64,000 bases of DNA from Rickettsiales bacterium (GCA_031283185.1 JAITCH010000011.1:550-64549); one strand, 5' to 3'. Shown: positions 39,428 to 49,791, counted from the stretch's first letter. Notes: generated by a model from the sequence alone, not told the origin. Numbers and translations are program-made.

Positions 39428-41065
39428 CTAATAAACATCCGGCTGATCAATCAAGCCGACCCATCTTTCCAATTCATCCGCGCCGACTTCGCCCTTTAAC
39501 ATCAACTCACTCGCCGCCTCTTTCAATGTTCTGCCCGCCTTCTTCGTCAGCCAATAAAGCATCGCCCCGCGCACATCGCCCGCAGTCAACAATTCCAACA
39601 GCGGCGCGTCAGTCAAAACAATTTCGCCAGCCTTAACGCGCCCCAATGTTCCCTTGCCGCCGCAATGCTCGCAGCCACGACCCTTTACAAAAATTTGCTT
39701 TAATCCGACATCGCCATAATAATCCTTAACCCGCGCATAAGCCGGATGATCGGGACGCTTCGCCAATGGTTCGCGGCAAACCGGGCAGACTTTCTTAAAC
39801 AGCCGCATTGACATCAGACCCCTCAGCATCGTTTCGTCTTTTAACTTAAACGCCTCTACACCCATATCAATCAGACGGGTCGCCGCCGCAAGCGCGGAAT
39901 TCGCATGCAATGTCGTCCAAACCGAATGGCCCGACAACGCGCCCTTTAATGTAAGTTCCGCCGCGGACAATGTGCGAACTTCGCCGACCATCAAGACATC
40001 CGGGTCAGAGCGCAACGCCGCCGCCAATGCCTCTGTAAATTTTTCATCCCTCGCCTCTTCCGATGCGGCATTCACCACCGGCATCTGATGCGCGCCGAAA
40101 ATTTTCCGTTCCGCCGGATCTTCAACGGTTATCAGATTTATTTCATATTCCCGCTCGCGCAGCATCAATGTCATATTCTGAAACAAAGTCGTAGATTTAC
40201 CGCTGCTAGTCGGACCCGCAACCACCACAAGCCCAGTCGGAAACGACCGAAGGCGCGCCAAAATCCGCTGTTCGTAATCCGTAAATTCCTGTTCCAGTTT
40301 TATCCCGTCAGACGGATTTTCGTAAAGCAATCGCATAACCACATAACGAGATCCAAAAGCAATCGGATTGAACTGCATACGAATGCCCAAAACCCCAGCG
40401 GGCAGATATAAATCCTTGGTTCCGCGCAATGGCGTGCGCCCGTCTTTCTGCGCGCTTTGATATTCATTCTTCGCATAATTTGAACTGGAAATATCCGCAC
40501 TCGCAAACGCCGCGCGAATGAAATTTTCACCCCAAGCCGCACTATATTCCAACGCCGTCTGCATACTGCCATCGCGCCTGAAATATATTGTCGTTTGTCC
40601 GGCAACTTCTATATGAATATCGGAAACTTTTGCAGCCGCGGCCTTGGCCACAATATCCACAAAGTCTTTCTGCATCTGATTGTCGTAATCAAGACGCGAC
40701 CGACCCGCCGCCCCCGCATTCGTGCGCGAATCATTTTCTTTATATATCGCAGACAATAATCCCAAGTCGCTATAATAAGGTTCTTTCAGCGGCAATCCCT
40801 CGGTCTGAATTAATGAAACAAACGCCAAAACGCGCCCGTCAAAACGATGGGTGCGCGATACGACCAATTCGCCGCCTTCGAAATAAGCAACCAGATTCTG
40901 CGTGTCTTTGGGCAATTCAAACCGCCCGCGAAATCCCGTCAGCAATCTGTTATTTTCAGCAAAAAGAAAATCTACTATTTTTTTATGATCGCCGCCCGCC
41001 ATACTCGGAGGAACCGATGCAGCGGAATCTTTTTTATAAGATTGTCCAGCAGCCGCCATAATCAC
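39428..41065 (-). CDS. Type IVb pilus assembly ATPase (PilQ/BfpD/GspE family)
   Basis: SDIHI, GPTSSGKST, TVEDP, LRSDPDVLMVGEVR, TTLHANS and two CxxC. Confidence 0.9.
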   Translation of the reverse strand: MIMAAAGQSYKKDSAASVPPSMAGGDHKKIVDFLFAENNRLLTGFRGRFELPKDTQNLVAYFEGGELVVSRTHRFDGRVLAFVSLIQTEGLPLKEPYYSDLGLLSAIYKENDSRTNAGAAGRSRLDYDNQMQKDFVDIVAKAAAAKVSDIHIEVAGQTTIYFRRDGSMQTALEYSAAWGENFIRAAFASADISSSNYAKNEYQSAQKDGRTPLRGTKDLYLPAGVLGIRMQFNPIAFGSRYVVMRLLYENPSDGIKLEQEFTDYEQRILARLRSFPTGLVVVAGPTSSGKSTTLFQNMTLMLREREYEINLITVEDPAERKIFGAHQMPVVNAASEEARDEKFTEALAAALRSDPDVLMVGEVRTLSAAELTLKGALSGHSVWTTLHANSALAAATRLIDMGVEAFKLKDETMLRGLMSMRLFKKVCPVCREPLAKRPDHPAYARVKDYYGDVGLKQIFVKGRGCEHCGGKGTLGRVKAGEIVLTDAPLLELLTAGDVRGAMLYWLTKKAGRTLKEAASELMLKGEVGADELERWVGLIDQPDVY

Positions 41066-41670
41066 CTCGATATAGTGCTGATCCCAAGGATGATTTCATC
41101 GCCGTCTTCGCTTTGGAATATAACGCCTTCGTCCGCAGAAACCGCAACAACTTTCATCCCGTCCAGGCTGCGCCCGGCCTGAACCCGCCGCCTTTGCCCT
41201 GTCGGAATGTTTTCTACCAATGCAGTTAAATTATCCGCAGAACCTGATATGTTCAGCAATTTATAAATCTCCGAAATGTCATACGCGCCAGCGGCATCCG
41301 GCACAGGCTCTGTCGGCAAAGAAGGCGCGGATTTCGCCGCCTCCATCTGCTTTTTAAGGCTTTCAATTTCGCCAGCGAATTTCTTTTTTTCTTCATCTAA
41401 TTTCGCCGCCAATTCCGCAGTCGCAGAACTCGCCGCGTCCGCCGAATCCCTCGCGCCGGATAACTTTGTCTTTTCCGCCTCTATCCTGTTCAAGTCCAAT
41501 TCAAGTTGCGCGCGCTCTTTTTCCAGACGCATCAAAACCTTGTCCTGTTCTAATGCGGTAATCCGCAAGAACACCGAACCATCGGCATCAAATCCGCCCA
41601 GGTCAATGTCATCGGCCAACGCAGGACTGACCACCAAAGCCGCCAATACGGCAAGTATTTTATTTAGCAT
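41062..41670 (-). CDS. Type IVb pilus accessory protein (PilP-like)
   Basis: Signal peptide, coiled coil, C-terminal beta domain and operon position. Confidence 0.55.
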   Translation of the reverse strand: MLNKILAVLAALVVSPALADDIDLGGFDADGSVFLRITALEQDKVLMRLEKERAQLELDLNRIEAEKTKLSGARDSADAASSATAELAAKLDEEKKKFAGEIESLKKQMEAAKSAPSLPTEPVPDAAGAYDISEIYKLLNISGSADNLTALVENIPTGQRRRVQAGRSLDGMKVVAVSADEGVIFQSEDGDEIILGISTISR

Positions 41671-42919
41671 ATATTCTCTCCTCATAACTCCATTCATTTT
41701 TCACATTATCCCAGCGAATTGAAATCGTTTCAACCGCAGGAATTCCATCAAAGAATTTTATAAATTCGGCCGGCATAATTTTCGATTCCGCCTTTACCGA
41801 AATAAATCCTATCTCTTTTTTTATCGCCCCATCCGCAATAATTTCTTTCGCGCGAGATATTGACGCAGACATATTAACCTGCTGAAAGGCCGAACGAACC
41901 TGCCGCTCCACCGCCGCCAAATCCGCCGCAGGGGCGGAATTTTCACCCGGAATTTTTGCAAATGTCCCAGTTAAATCCGCATCCGATCCGCCGGATAAAT
42001 TGACTTTCACATTCGGCATCAATGTCGCCGCCGAAGTATAAAGATCTTCGGCCGTGCCATAATCGCGGCGCAAACGCGCCGATACTTTTCCATTCGCGCA
42101 TTCTACCGAAATCGCATTCCATCCATAAATCTGCTGCATAACAAACGCAATAGCCATAGTGCATCTGTTCGCAAACTCCGCGCGATTTGGAATATTTTCC
42201 CAAGGCATTTTTGCCGCAACGGACGGCGCGTTCGCGCCACCTGCATTTTTAGATTCCATCTTTTTTCTGAATTCCGCAGCCGCCTCCGGGGTTAAATTTG
42301 ACGGCGCGGGCTTGCCCAAAAACGGCGTGATAATTTTCATAACATCGCCCTGAAAGAAATAAAATACCGCAAACAATACAACCGCAAGAACCGCGAAATT
42401 ACCAAGAAAACTGCCACCTCCGCCAATCCGTTTCAGCGCGACATTAACTCTGCCTGATATAACTTCTTCTATATTTTTATCAACCGCGCCGCGCACGCCC
42501 CAACTTTCCGGCGCGACTATCAATGACCAATCCGGCAATTCCAATAACGCATTAAAAGATTTTACCGCGTCCGCCTCATTATGAAAAAGCCTATCATAAT
42601 CTGGAATAATTACTCCATTCCGAACTGCTAAAATATATATCCCGCCCTGGACGCGAAACGCCGCCGCGAATGAAGGCGAGTCTCCAAAACTTTCCACTAA
42701 TTCGGGCGCAAGCACCGACAGCCCAGGCTCCAATCCGCGCATATCCGCGGCGAGACCAACTGAATTTCTATATCCTGCATAATATCTGAATTTGGATGCG
42801 GGCGCGAGTTTTTCAATGCGAACGGCTTCGTCCGAGGCAGAGCGACCAGATCCCGTCGGCTGCCAAAACAGACCAACGGCATACTTCTTCCGACCAATAT
42901 TTATCGCCTGCGGTGCCAT
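41660..42919 (-). CDS. Type IVb pilus protein PilO2/BfpC-like
   Basis: YAVGLFWQ, LAVRNGVIIPDYD, central TM segment and MPW. Confidence 0.8.
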   Translation of the reverse strand: MAPQAINIGRKKYAVGLFWQPTGSGRSASDEAVRIEKLAPASKFRYYAGYRNSVGLAADMRGLEPGLSVLAPELVESFGDSPSFAAAFRVQGGIYILAVRNGVIIPDYDRLFHNEADAVKSFNALLELPDWSLIVAPESWGVRGAVDKNIEEVISGRVNVALKRIGGGGSFLGNFAVLAVVLFAVFYFFQGDVMKIITPFLGKPAPSNLTPEAAAEFRKKMESKNAGGANAPSVAAKMPWENIPNRAEFANRCTMAIAFVMQQIYGWNAISVECANGKVSARLRRDYGTAEDLYTSAATLMPNVKVNLSGGSDADLTGTFAKIPGENSAPAADLAAVERQVRSAFQQVNMSASISRAKEIIADGAIKKEIGFISVKAESKIMPAEFIKFFDGIPAVETISIRWDNVKNEWSYEERIYAK

Positions 42920-42936
42920 CTCTCTCCATAGTCGGA

Positions 42937-43094
42937 CAAAACCCGCAAGTGGAATTTTTCATCCCGCCGCGTCATTTCCGTCCACTACACTTCGGAAACC
43001 CGACGCGCCGCGGACAGAAAGTCCAGACGGGCGGTCGGGTTTCCTTGGTATTGAACGGCCTGCCGCGCCGTTGCGATTCCCCTAGCGGGTTTTG
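42937..43094 (-). ncRNA. Rod-shaped structured element, copy B (158 nt), between the secretin and pilO-like genes
   Basis: CAAAACCCGC/GCGGGTTTTG, GGAAT/ATTCC and GGAAACCCGAC/GTCGGGTTTCC. Confidence 0.65.
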
Positions 43095-43117
43095 ATCCCT
43101 ATTAATTTCCCCTCCAA

Positions 43118-43199
43118 CCCTCATACCCAAGCCTCGCCCGGCTTTGCCGGGAGAGGAGGAAACCTCGCGGGCTTTGCCCGCATAGGTTTCCGGTGAGGG
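43118..43199. repeat. Branched palindromic element (three-way junction)
   Basis: CCCTCA/TGAGGG encloses two hairpins, CCCGGC-TTT-GCCGGG and GGAAACCT..GCGGGC-TTT-GCCCGC..AGGTTTCC. Confidence 0.65.
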
Positions 43200-43200
43200 C

Positions 43201-44799
43201 TTAATTCAATGGTGCGCCCCATTCGCGCTGTATCGCCCGTTCCGCATCCATCGGTGATACATGAACCTGCGGCGTCAAGATAACCACCAATACATCTTTC
43301 TTTGACTGCGTATCGCGCGAACCGCCGAGTGCCATAAATCCAGGATCCCCAGTTCCATACCGAGTATCGTTATTCGTCTGTTTCTCAAATCCCGACAGCA
43401 CCAGCATCTGACCAGATTCCATTACAACTTCCTGCATAAACGCGCGCTCTTCAACTTCCGGCAACTGCAAGAATATATTTCCTACTTTTTTGTCTTCCAG
43501 ATTTATCAATTCGCGCAGCGACATCTTGAATAACAACAGAACGCGGCCGCCTTCTAATATGCTCGGCAACAACTGCATGGAAAATCCTGTTTCCAAAGTA
43601 TCTTGCTCAACCGTCGAAGTTACATCCGCCGTGAAAGACCTAGTCTCAAACTTCTTTATATAGCCCTGAGTTTTGACATTGCTAACCGGCGCGACACGAT
43701 TATTCCGGGTCGTAACCGACACATTCGTAACCAGTGAAATTTTTCCTTGTTTCGCCAATGCTTGTATCAAAGCGGCAGATCCCGCCGCCGGACCAAACGG
43801 AGAATTCGCAACAGCAGAACCACTTAACGATCCGCCAGCCGCGCCAGCAACATCATTATTCAGAACAGCCAAGTTCAGCGCGTTCGCGCCTGAAATTTCT
43901 GGATTGCCGCCTGGACGAGATACAAGTTGCAAGCCCGATGTTGATTGTATCGCCGCGCCCAAATTCAATCCAAACGCATTTGCATTAGAAATAGAAACTT
44001 GCAAGACCTTTACATCAATTGAAATCTGCTGAGATAATCTTCTGTTCTGCCTTGCGACATAATCGCTAACTCGCGCCAAGACACTCGGGGCGGCCGTAAC
44101 CGTTATAGTCCCCAATGACCGCGACACCGTGAACTTTGCATTATTCACGCCATCCAAAATCGCGCTAATACTTTTTTCAATCTCTTCCCATTCGCGCATA
44201 TTGGATTCCAACGCAACCTGATTGGAATCATCAGTTTGAATTCTGGACGATACACTTATATCCGTCCCCAAAGCATTCAGATTAAATGTCTTCGTTTCGG
44301 TTTGATAAAACACAATTGACTGCCTGTCGTAATACCACAGCAAGTCCATATCCATCGCCGCCTTGCTCAGCAAGTCCGACAGCCGCCCGCTATGTTCAAT
44401 GCGAACTTTATTATTTAATTTATCACTGCCAATCTGCCCATCTATGACCACAGGAATCCCAGTCGCCTCTTTTACTATATTCGCAAGTTCGGATAAATTC
44501 ACAGGCTCGTTATTAATAATCGTAACACCAGTTGATGTTTCAAACTTCGCCGGCAAATCATTTTTATGCGGAATTAAAACTGAACGGGATCCCAGCCATA
44601 CGCCCTCTGATGCCGAAACCGTATCTCCCGAAACTCTGGAAGTCGGCGTGCGCGCGCTTTCCAATGCGCGATACGCATTCAGATAATCATCATCCACGGC
44701 AGACGCAACCTTGGCCGAATCTTTATTAGAACAAGCCGAAACCGCCGCCGCCATAAGCGCGAGATATAAAAACTTTTTACATACCATGGTTTTCCCCAT
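43201..44799 (-). CDS. Type IVb pilus lipoprotein secretin (PilN/BfpB family)
   Basis: Lipobox AVSAC, GTITVTAAP, TGFSMQLLP and LVLSGFE...LVVILTP. Confidence 0.88.
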   Translation of the reverse strand: MGKTMVCKKFLYLALMAAAVSACSNKDSAKVASAVDDDYLNAYRALESARTPTSRVSGDTVSASEGVWLGSRSVLIPHKNDLPAKFETSTGVTIINNEPVNLSELANIVKEATGIPVVIDGQIGSDKLNNKVRIEHSGRLSDLLSKAAMDMDLLWYYDRQSIVFYQTETKTFNLNALGTDISVSSRIQTDDSNQVALESNMREWEEIEKSISAILDGVNNAKFTVSRSLGTITVTAAPSVLARVSDYVARQNRRLSQQISIDVKVLQVSISNANAFGLNLGAAIQSTSGLQLVSRPGGNPEISGANALNLAVLNNDVAGAAGGSLSGSAVANSPFGPAAGSAALIQALAKQGKISLVTNVSVTTRNNRVAPVSNVKTQGYIKKFETRSFTADVTSTVEQDTLETGFSMQLLPSILEGGRVLLLFKMSLRELINLEDKKVGNIFLQLPEVEERAFMQEVVMESGQMLVLSGFEKQTNNDTRYGTGDPGFMALGGSRDTQSKKDVLVVILTPQVHVSPMDAERAIQREWGAPLN

Positions 44800-45586
44800 C
44801 CTCCAAAGTGCTTACTACCAACACTCTGTTCCCTTTATAAAACCTGGCATAAGGCACCGGAGTCGCCCGCGCAAAATTTCTCACCAATGCACTTGATACA
44901 TCCATAAACCGACCCTCAAATACCGCGCTCGCCGAAATCGGATATTCGCGCGATGTATTCCAAACCAAGTCCCATCCCGCAGCCTTTGCCCATTCGTTCA
45001 ATACAACACGCAATGGTTTGCCCGCAACAACAACCCAACTCCGCACAGCATCGCCCGGTGTTGCAGTCGCCGCCGCCTCTCCGCCCATATAATTTCCATC
45101 CAATATAACTCCGCCATTTGATTCCGCAGAATTATCTTCTATGCGGCGCGTATCATTATATTTCCTGTCAGTCGTCGACATTACCAACGCCGATCCGCCA
45201 TCGTCTTCCAACATCTCTTGCACTAATAACGGCATCTTCGCATCCGAATTATAATTGAAAGCCGGAGGCGCATCATTGCCATGCATCATATCCGCACCAC
45301 CTGTGAAAGAATTCTGATCACCCCAATTATTTGTTATGATCTGATTGTCCACGCGTAATCCCGAAGTGCGATAAATTTTATGATTTGTCTGCGGATTTCT
45401 ATTGGCTTCCGACTTGCCGTGAATATAGTTTAAGGTCGCAGAATTGTCAGCCGCTTTGGGCGCGTTAAGGCTTAATCCCTCGTCGGGACCCTGCCATACC
45501 AAACCGCTGCGATCCACATCATCAGATGCAATGACTGAACCCACGACTAAAATCCCGCATAGAGCGGCGATAAGTCTTTGAAACAT
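44777..45586 (-). CDS. TcpQ-domain (PilL-like) protein
   Basis: C-terminal WVVVAGKPLRVVLNEWAKAAGWDLVW...YPI...F.G.F. Confidence 0.8.
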   Translation of the reverse strand: MFQRLIAALCGILVVGSVIASDDVDRSGLVWQGPDEGLSLNAPKAADNSATLNYIHGKSEANRNPQTNHKIYRTSGLRVDNQIITNNWGDQNSFTGGADMMHGNDAPPAFNYNSDAKMPLLVQEMLEDDGGSALVMSTTDRKYNDTRRIEDNSAESNGGVILDGNYMGGEAAATATPGDAVRSWVVVAGKPLRVVLNEWAKAAGWDLVWNTSREYPISASAVFEGRFMDVSSALVRNFARATPVPYARFYKGNRVLVVSTLEDGENHGM

Positions 45587-45622
45587 GATTAAATCCTTTC
45601 CTTCCCCGAAGTCCTTCTCACT

Positions 45623-45652
45623 ATTATATCAGATTTAGCACAGGTTGAGCAA
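45623..45652 (-). promoter_or_regulatory. Promoter of the pilus operon
   Basis: TTGCTC-18 nt-(TGa)TATAAT, lying downstream of rod copy C. Confidence 0.55.
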
Positions 45653-45655
45653 GGT

Positions 45656-45811
45656 CAAAAAACATAAGGTGCATTTTTCGTTTGCGGTCTATATCGCCGA
45701 TTATCTGCGGAAAATGGGGGCACACTCATTGGCATCCAGCCAACTTCGCCCCCATTTTCCTTGATCCTCGACAATCTATCCTCGCAAACGCGATGCACCT
45801 AATGTTTTTTG
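45656..45811 (-). ncRNA. Rod-shaped structured element, copy C (156 nt)
   Basis: CAAAAAACAT/ATGTTTTTTG, AGGTGCAT/ATGCACCT, GTTTGCG/CGCAAAC and GGAAAATGGGGG/CCCCCATTTTCC. Confidence 0.65.
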
Positions 45812-45841
45812 CGGGTTATTATTGCGACAACCTATACCACT

Positions 45842-45908
45842 CGTCATCCCGGCGAAGGCCGGGATATTTGTAATAAGTCATTGCCCGGCTTGACCGGGCA
45901 ATCTCGGC
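45842..45908 (+). repeat. R2 plus R1
   Basis: CGTCATCCCGGCGAAGGCCGGGAT and GTCATTGCCCGGCTTGACCGGGCAATCTC. Confidence 0.85.
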
Positions 45909-45918
45909 AAAATAAAAA

Positions 45919-47016
45919 TTATGCAGACTGCAATTCTTCCAACAACTTCTTCTGCTTGCTCGAAAGCCTAGTCGGAACATCCGTCTTTATATTAAGATAT
46001 AAATCCCCGCGACTACCCGCGCGCCCCATCATCGGCATACCATTTCCCTTTAACCTCAACTTGGATCCAACCTGCGTTCCCTGTGGAATTTTTACCTCTA
46101 TACTCTTACCATCAATCCCCGCAACCTCAACCTGACCGCCCAATGCAAGGGTCGCAAACGGCACAGATAAATTCACCAATAAATCATCGCCATTCCTTGA
46201 AAATACCTCATCCCTCGCAACAGAAACATCAACAAATAAATCGCCGTTCCTTCCGCCAAGTCTTCCCGCTTCGCCCTGCCCCGGAACTCTCAGCCTTGAC
46301 CCGTCCTGCACGCCCGCAGGAATTTTTACCTCTATCGTTCTCTTACCCGCAGTCGCGCCCGCACCATTACAAGCACTACATTTTTTATCCGCTTTCCGTC
46401 CCGTCCCATGACAATCAGGACATTCCGAAACAGATGAAAAGAATCCATTAGACCTTCGCACCGAACCCGATCCGCCGCAACTTTTACAAGCAGGCGCGGG
46501 ACTGCCATCCGCCGTCCCCTGTCCATTACATTTCTCGCACTTCACATTCGCATTAAATTTCACTTCTATATTTTTTCCATAAAACGCATCTTTCAGACTT
46601 ATACGAACCTCATGAAGCATATCCCGCCCATTAGTATCGGGCGCGGAATGTCTACCGCCGCCAAAACCCATTTGCGAAAATATATCTTCAAACATATCGC
46701 CAAAGCCTGCTGAATTAAAATCAAAGCCCTGAAAACCACCCGCGCCGCCAAACGGATTACCGCCCTGCCCAAATGGATTGCCACCGCCGCCGCCTTGGAA
46801 CGCAGCCTCGCCATATTGGTCATAAGCCGCCCTTTTCTGCGGATCGCGGAGCACATCATAAGCGTTATTAACTTCCTTGAATTTTGATTCGGCCTCTTTA
46901 TTGCCCGGATTTTTATCCGGATGATATTTCATAACTAATTTATGATAAGCCTTTTTCAGGTCTGCTTCGGACGAGCCCTTTGGAACACCTAAAATTTCAT
47001 AAAAATCTTTCGCCAT
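45919..47016 (-). CDS. dnaJ: Chaperone DnaJ
   Basis: HPD, G/F-rich region and four CxxCxGxG repeats. Confidence 0.96.
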   Translation of the reverse strand: MAKDFYEILGVPKGSSEADLKKAYHKLVMKYHPDKNPGNKEAESKFKEVNNAYDVLRDPQKRAAYDQYGEAAFQGGGGGNPFGQGGNPFGGAGGFQGFDFNSAGFGDMFEDIFSQMGFGGGRHSAPDTNGRDMLHEVRISLKDAFYGKNIEVKFNANVKCEKCNGQGTADGSPAPACKSCGGSGSVRRSNGFFSSVSECPDCHGTGRKADKKCSACNGAGATAGKRTIEVKIPAGVQDGSRLRVPGQGEAGRLGGRNGDLFVDVSVARDEVFSRNGDDLLVNLSVPFATLALGGQVEVAGIDGKSIEVKIPQGTQVGSKLRLKGNGMPMMGRAGSRGDLYLNIKTDVPTRLSSKQKKLLEELQSA

Positions 47017-47078
47017 AATTATCTCTTTTTTACAATAGATATAGAGTAATAACTTAAAAAGTCAAGGGTTCATATGTC

Positions 47079-47235
47079 CAAAAAACATAACCTCGGTTTT
47101 TCGTTTGTTGTCTATAACGACCACTACCTTCGTCCACCTTAGGGCCACTCATTGGCATCCAGCCAACTTCGCCCCCGGCTTTCCTCGGTATTGATCGTTC
47201 TATCCTAACAAACGCGACCTCGTTAATGTTTTTTG
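47079..47235 (-). ncRNA. Rod-shaped structured element, copy D (157 nt, inner stem partly degenerate)
   Basis: CAAAAAACAT/ATGTTTTTTG, GTTTGTT/AACAAAC and apical TTGGC-ATCCA-GCCAA. Confidence 0.6.
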
Positions 47236-47249
47236 AGATTATTTATTAT

Positions 47250-47348
47250 CGTCATCCCCGCGAAGGCGGGGATCTCAAATTGTATAATGCAAAAAAATTC
47301 CCCTTCGCTGGCGAAGGGGTGGCAACCGAAGGCTGACGGGGTAGTGGT
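47250..47348 (+). repeat. R2 plus R3
   Basis: CGTCATCCCCGCGAAGGCGGGGATCTCAAATTG and TTCCCCTTCGCTGGCGAAGGGGTGG. Confidence 0.85.
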
Positions 47349-47350
47349 AA

Positions 47351-48472
47351 TTACACTCTCTGAGGCATCAGGATATAAATGCAATCCGAACCTTTATCCT
47401 TACCCTGCATAATCGTCGGGCTCAGCGAATCCATCATAGAAATCTGCATCTTATCCGCATCAATCTGCGTCGCTATATCCAACAAGAACCGAACATTAAA
47501 CACAATCTGAAACTGCTCGGCATTATTATATTCTATATCCATTTCTTCAACCGCCGCACCAGCCTCGGGCGCGGAGGTATTCGCAACCAATTTGCCAGTG
47601 CTGAAATTAAGCACTACCGATTTCGTCCTCTCCGTGGATGTTACGGACACGCGATCAATCATTTCAACAAACGGCAATCTACCAAACACCGCCAACTTAT
47701 CATTATTTTTTGGAATGACCACGCGATAATTCGGATATTGCGCGTCAACCAGTTTTGTGGTTAAGACCGCCGCGCCAAGAGTAAATCTCGCCTTGGTATC
47801 CGACAATTCCACAACCACATCATCAACCTCTGCATCCGCCAATAACTTTGACAATTCGCCAATAACGCGACGCGGAAGAATAACGCTTGGCATCGCCTCT
47901 GACCCGGCCGGCGCGGCCGCGGAACATACCGCCATTCTTTGCGAATCAGTCGCAACGGCCGTCAATAATTTATTCTTGCCGTCTTCTGTAATGTGGAAGA
48001 ATATACCCGCAAGGTGATACCGAGTATCATCAGTCGGCATAGCAAATTTCGTCTTGTCCATCATCCGCGCAAGTTCGCCCGTGGTCATCGTGAACTTGGT
48101 CGAAAGATTCGCGCCGGACATAGTTGGAAAACTATCCGCCGACAAAGTCGACAAAGTAAATTTCGCCTTGCCGCTCGACACGATTAACTGCTGTTCATTT
48201 AATTGGCGAATTTTAACTTCGGCCTCTTCGGGAAGTTTTCTCAAAATATCATAAAGCAAATGGACAGGAACCGTTATTTTTCCCGGCAAAGTAATATCCG
48301 CCTGCACGCGTTCCACCAATTCAAGGTCAACATTCGCAGCGGTTATGACCAGGTCTTCCTTGGCCTCAATTCTGACATTCATCATTATGGGCAGCGGCGC
48401 GCGCCGTTCCACAATAGACTGCATATGCGCGATGCTTTTTATCAGCACTTGGCGATAGACCGAGAATTCCAT
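47351..48472 (-). CDS. dnaN: DNA polymerase III beta clamp
   Basis: AVATDSQRM, YPNYRVVIP, FNVRFLLD and ILMPQRV. Confidence 0.95.
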   Translation of the reverse strand: MEFSVYRQVLIKSIAHMQSIVERRAPLPIMMNVRIEAKEDLVITAANVDLELVERVQADITLPGKITVPVHLLYDILRKLPEEAEVKIRQLNEQQLIVSSGKAKFTLSTLSADSFPTMSGANLSTKFTMTTGELARMMDKTKFAMPTDDTRYHLAGIFFHITEDGKNKLLTAVATDSQRMAVCSAAAPAGSEAMPSVILPRRVIGELSKLLADAEVDDVVVELSDTKARFTLGAAVLTTKLVDAQYPNYRVVIPKNNDKLAVFGRLPFVEMIDRVSVTSTERTKSVVLNFSTGKLVANTSAPEAGAAVEEMDIEYNNAEQFQIVFNVRFLLDIATQIDADKMQISMMDSLSPTIMQGKDKGSDCIYILMPQRV

Positions 48473-48605
48473 AATTTGCTCCTTATTTCTAGGGACTTTA
48501 CAAAAAAAACCACAGCCAAATCAAGAGAATTTTAAGATATTTCTTGACTTTCTGCAAATTCGTCCCACAATGGCAATACATACCTGGTCAGGAGGGACTA
48601 CGCAA

Positions 48606-49610
48606 ATGACACATTCTTTTCCGTTTTCTTCGGCAGTTTTAGACTCGCTTATTCCGCCGCAAACAGGCTTTGATGTCGCGCGCGACACATCGCACCCGGA
48701 TCTCCAACTCTATATAACCGCAGGCGGGGCAAAGACTTTCTTCGTTCGCAAGCGCGTCCGCGGTAAGGACATACGCAAACTAATCGGCCGTTTTCCCGAT
48801 ATGTCCATTGACGAAGCGCGGGACGCCACAAAATCCGCATTAATGAAAATGCGCCAGCCAGTCAAAGTCCGCCACGGCGATATAACCCTTAAACGAATGG
48901 CTGAAATCTACATCAAGGACAAAGTCCGCAGGGCGGAATCATCAAAACAAAAACTTGAACGAACCATCGCCCGTTTATGGGTAGATATACTCGGCAAAAA
49001 AATTACTGAAATAACACGCGAAACCCTGTCCGGCCTCCATTTCGAAATCGCAATGAAACACGGCAAATCCACCGCCAACAGAATGCGCGAAACGCTCTCC
49101 GCCATCTTCAACTACGCCATCGAAGAAGGCTACACCAAGGAAAATCCCGCCAAGGATTTGGAAAACTTTCCCGAAGGCGGATTCAATCGCCGCATATCAG
49201 ACGGCGAATTCCATTCACTTATCCGCGCAATGGATATGGAGAAAAATCCAACTATGCGCGCCGCTATGAAAATGCTCGTCTTCGGATTTTCTAATAAAAG
49301 CGATATACTCGGAATGAAATGGAAATCTCTCGACCTTAACCGCGATGTCTGGCATAACAAGCCCCTGTCCGACAAGGCCGTTTTATTATTGGAACAACTA
49401 CCGCAAAAATCCAAATATGTCTTTCCGAATACCGCAGGCGCGAAGGGTCATATAACCGATCCGAAACGCGCTTGGAAGCGTATAACCGACCGCGCAGGAT
49501 TATCCAATATGCGTATCGCCGATATATATAAGACCCTCCGCGGGCAAGTAGACAAGCACGAAGGCAACATCCGCCGCCAGATCAACTCCATTCTTGATCG
49601 CATCGCTTAA
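48606..49610 (+). CDS. P4-like integrase homologue with an arm-binding domain, apparently catalytically dead
   Basis: GGAKTF...IGRFPDMSIDEAR arm domain. Box I reads GFSNKSDIL, box II reads IADIYKT, and there is no LGH...Y. Confidence 0.7.
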   Translation: MTHSFPFSSAVLDSLIPPQTGFDVARDTSHPDLQLYITAGGAKTFFVRKRVRGKDIRKLIGRFPDMSIDEARDATKSALMKMRQPVKVRHGDITLKRMAEIYIKDKVRRAESSKQKLERTIARLWVDILGKKITEITRETLSGLHFEIAMKHGKSTANRMRETLSAIFNYAIEEGYTKENPAKDLENFPEGGFNRRISDGEFHSLIRAMDMEKNPTMRAAMKMLVFGFSNKSDILGMKWKSLDLNRDVWHNKPLSDKAVLLLEQLPQKSKYVFPNTAGAKGHITDPKRAWKRITDRAGLSNMRIADIYKTLRGQVDKHEGNIRRQINSILDRIA

Positions 49611-49615
49611 TCGGA

Positions 49616-49772
49616 CAAAAAATCCTAACTTTGTATTTCATCCCGGCTTGATATTTCCGCCCACTACACTTCGGAACGGCAGGGAAACTTATGGGCATCC
49701 AGCCCACCGCGCCCTGCCGTTCCTTGGTATTGGACGGCCTATCAAGCCGCTCAGACAAAGTTGGATTTTTTG
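49616..49772 (-). ncRNA. Rod-shaped structured element, copy E (157 nt)
   Basis: CAAAAAATCC/GGATTTTTTG, AACTTTGT/ACAAAGTT, CGGCTTGATA/TATCAAGCCG and GGAACGGCAGGG/CCCTGCCGTTCC. Confidence 0.7.
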
Positions 49773-49791
49773 CACGATATTAATTTATTGT

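Noticed and set aside
48570..49610. Prophage or genomic-island boundary
   Set aside because: It is flanked by dnaN and mltG, with no att duplication or cargo, and the catalytic residues are absent.
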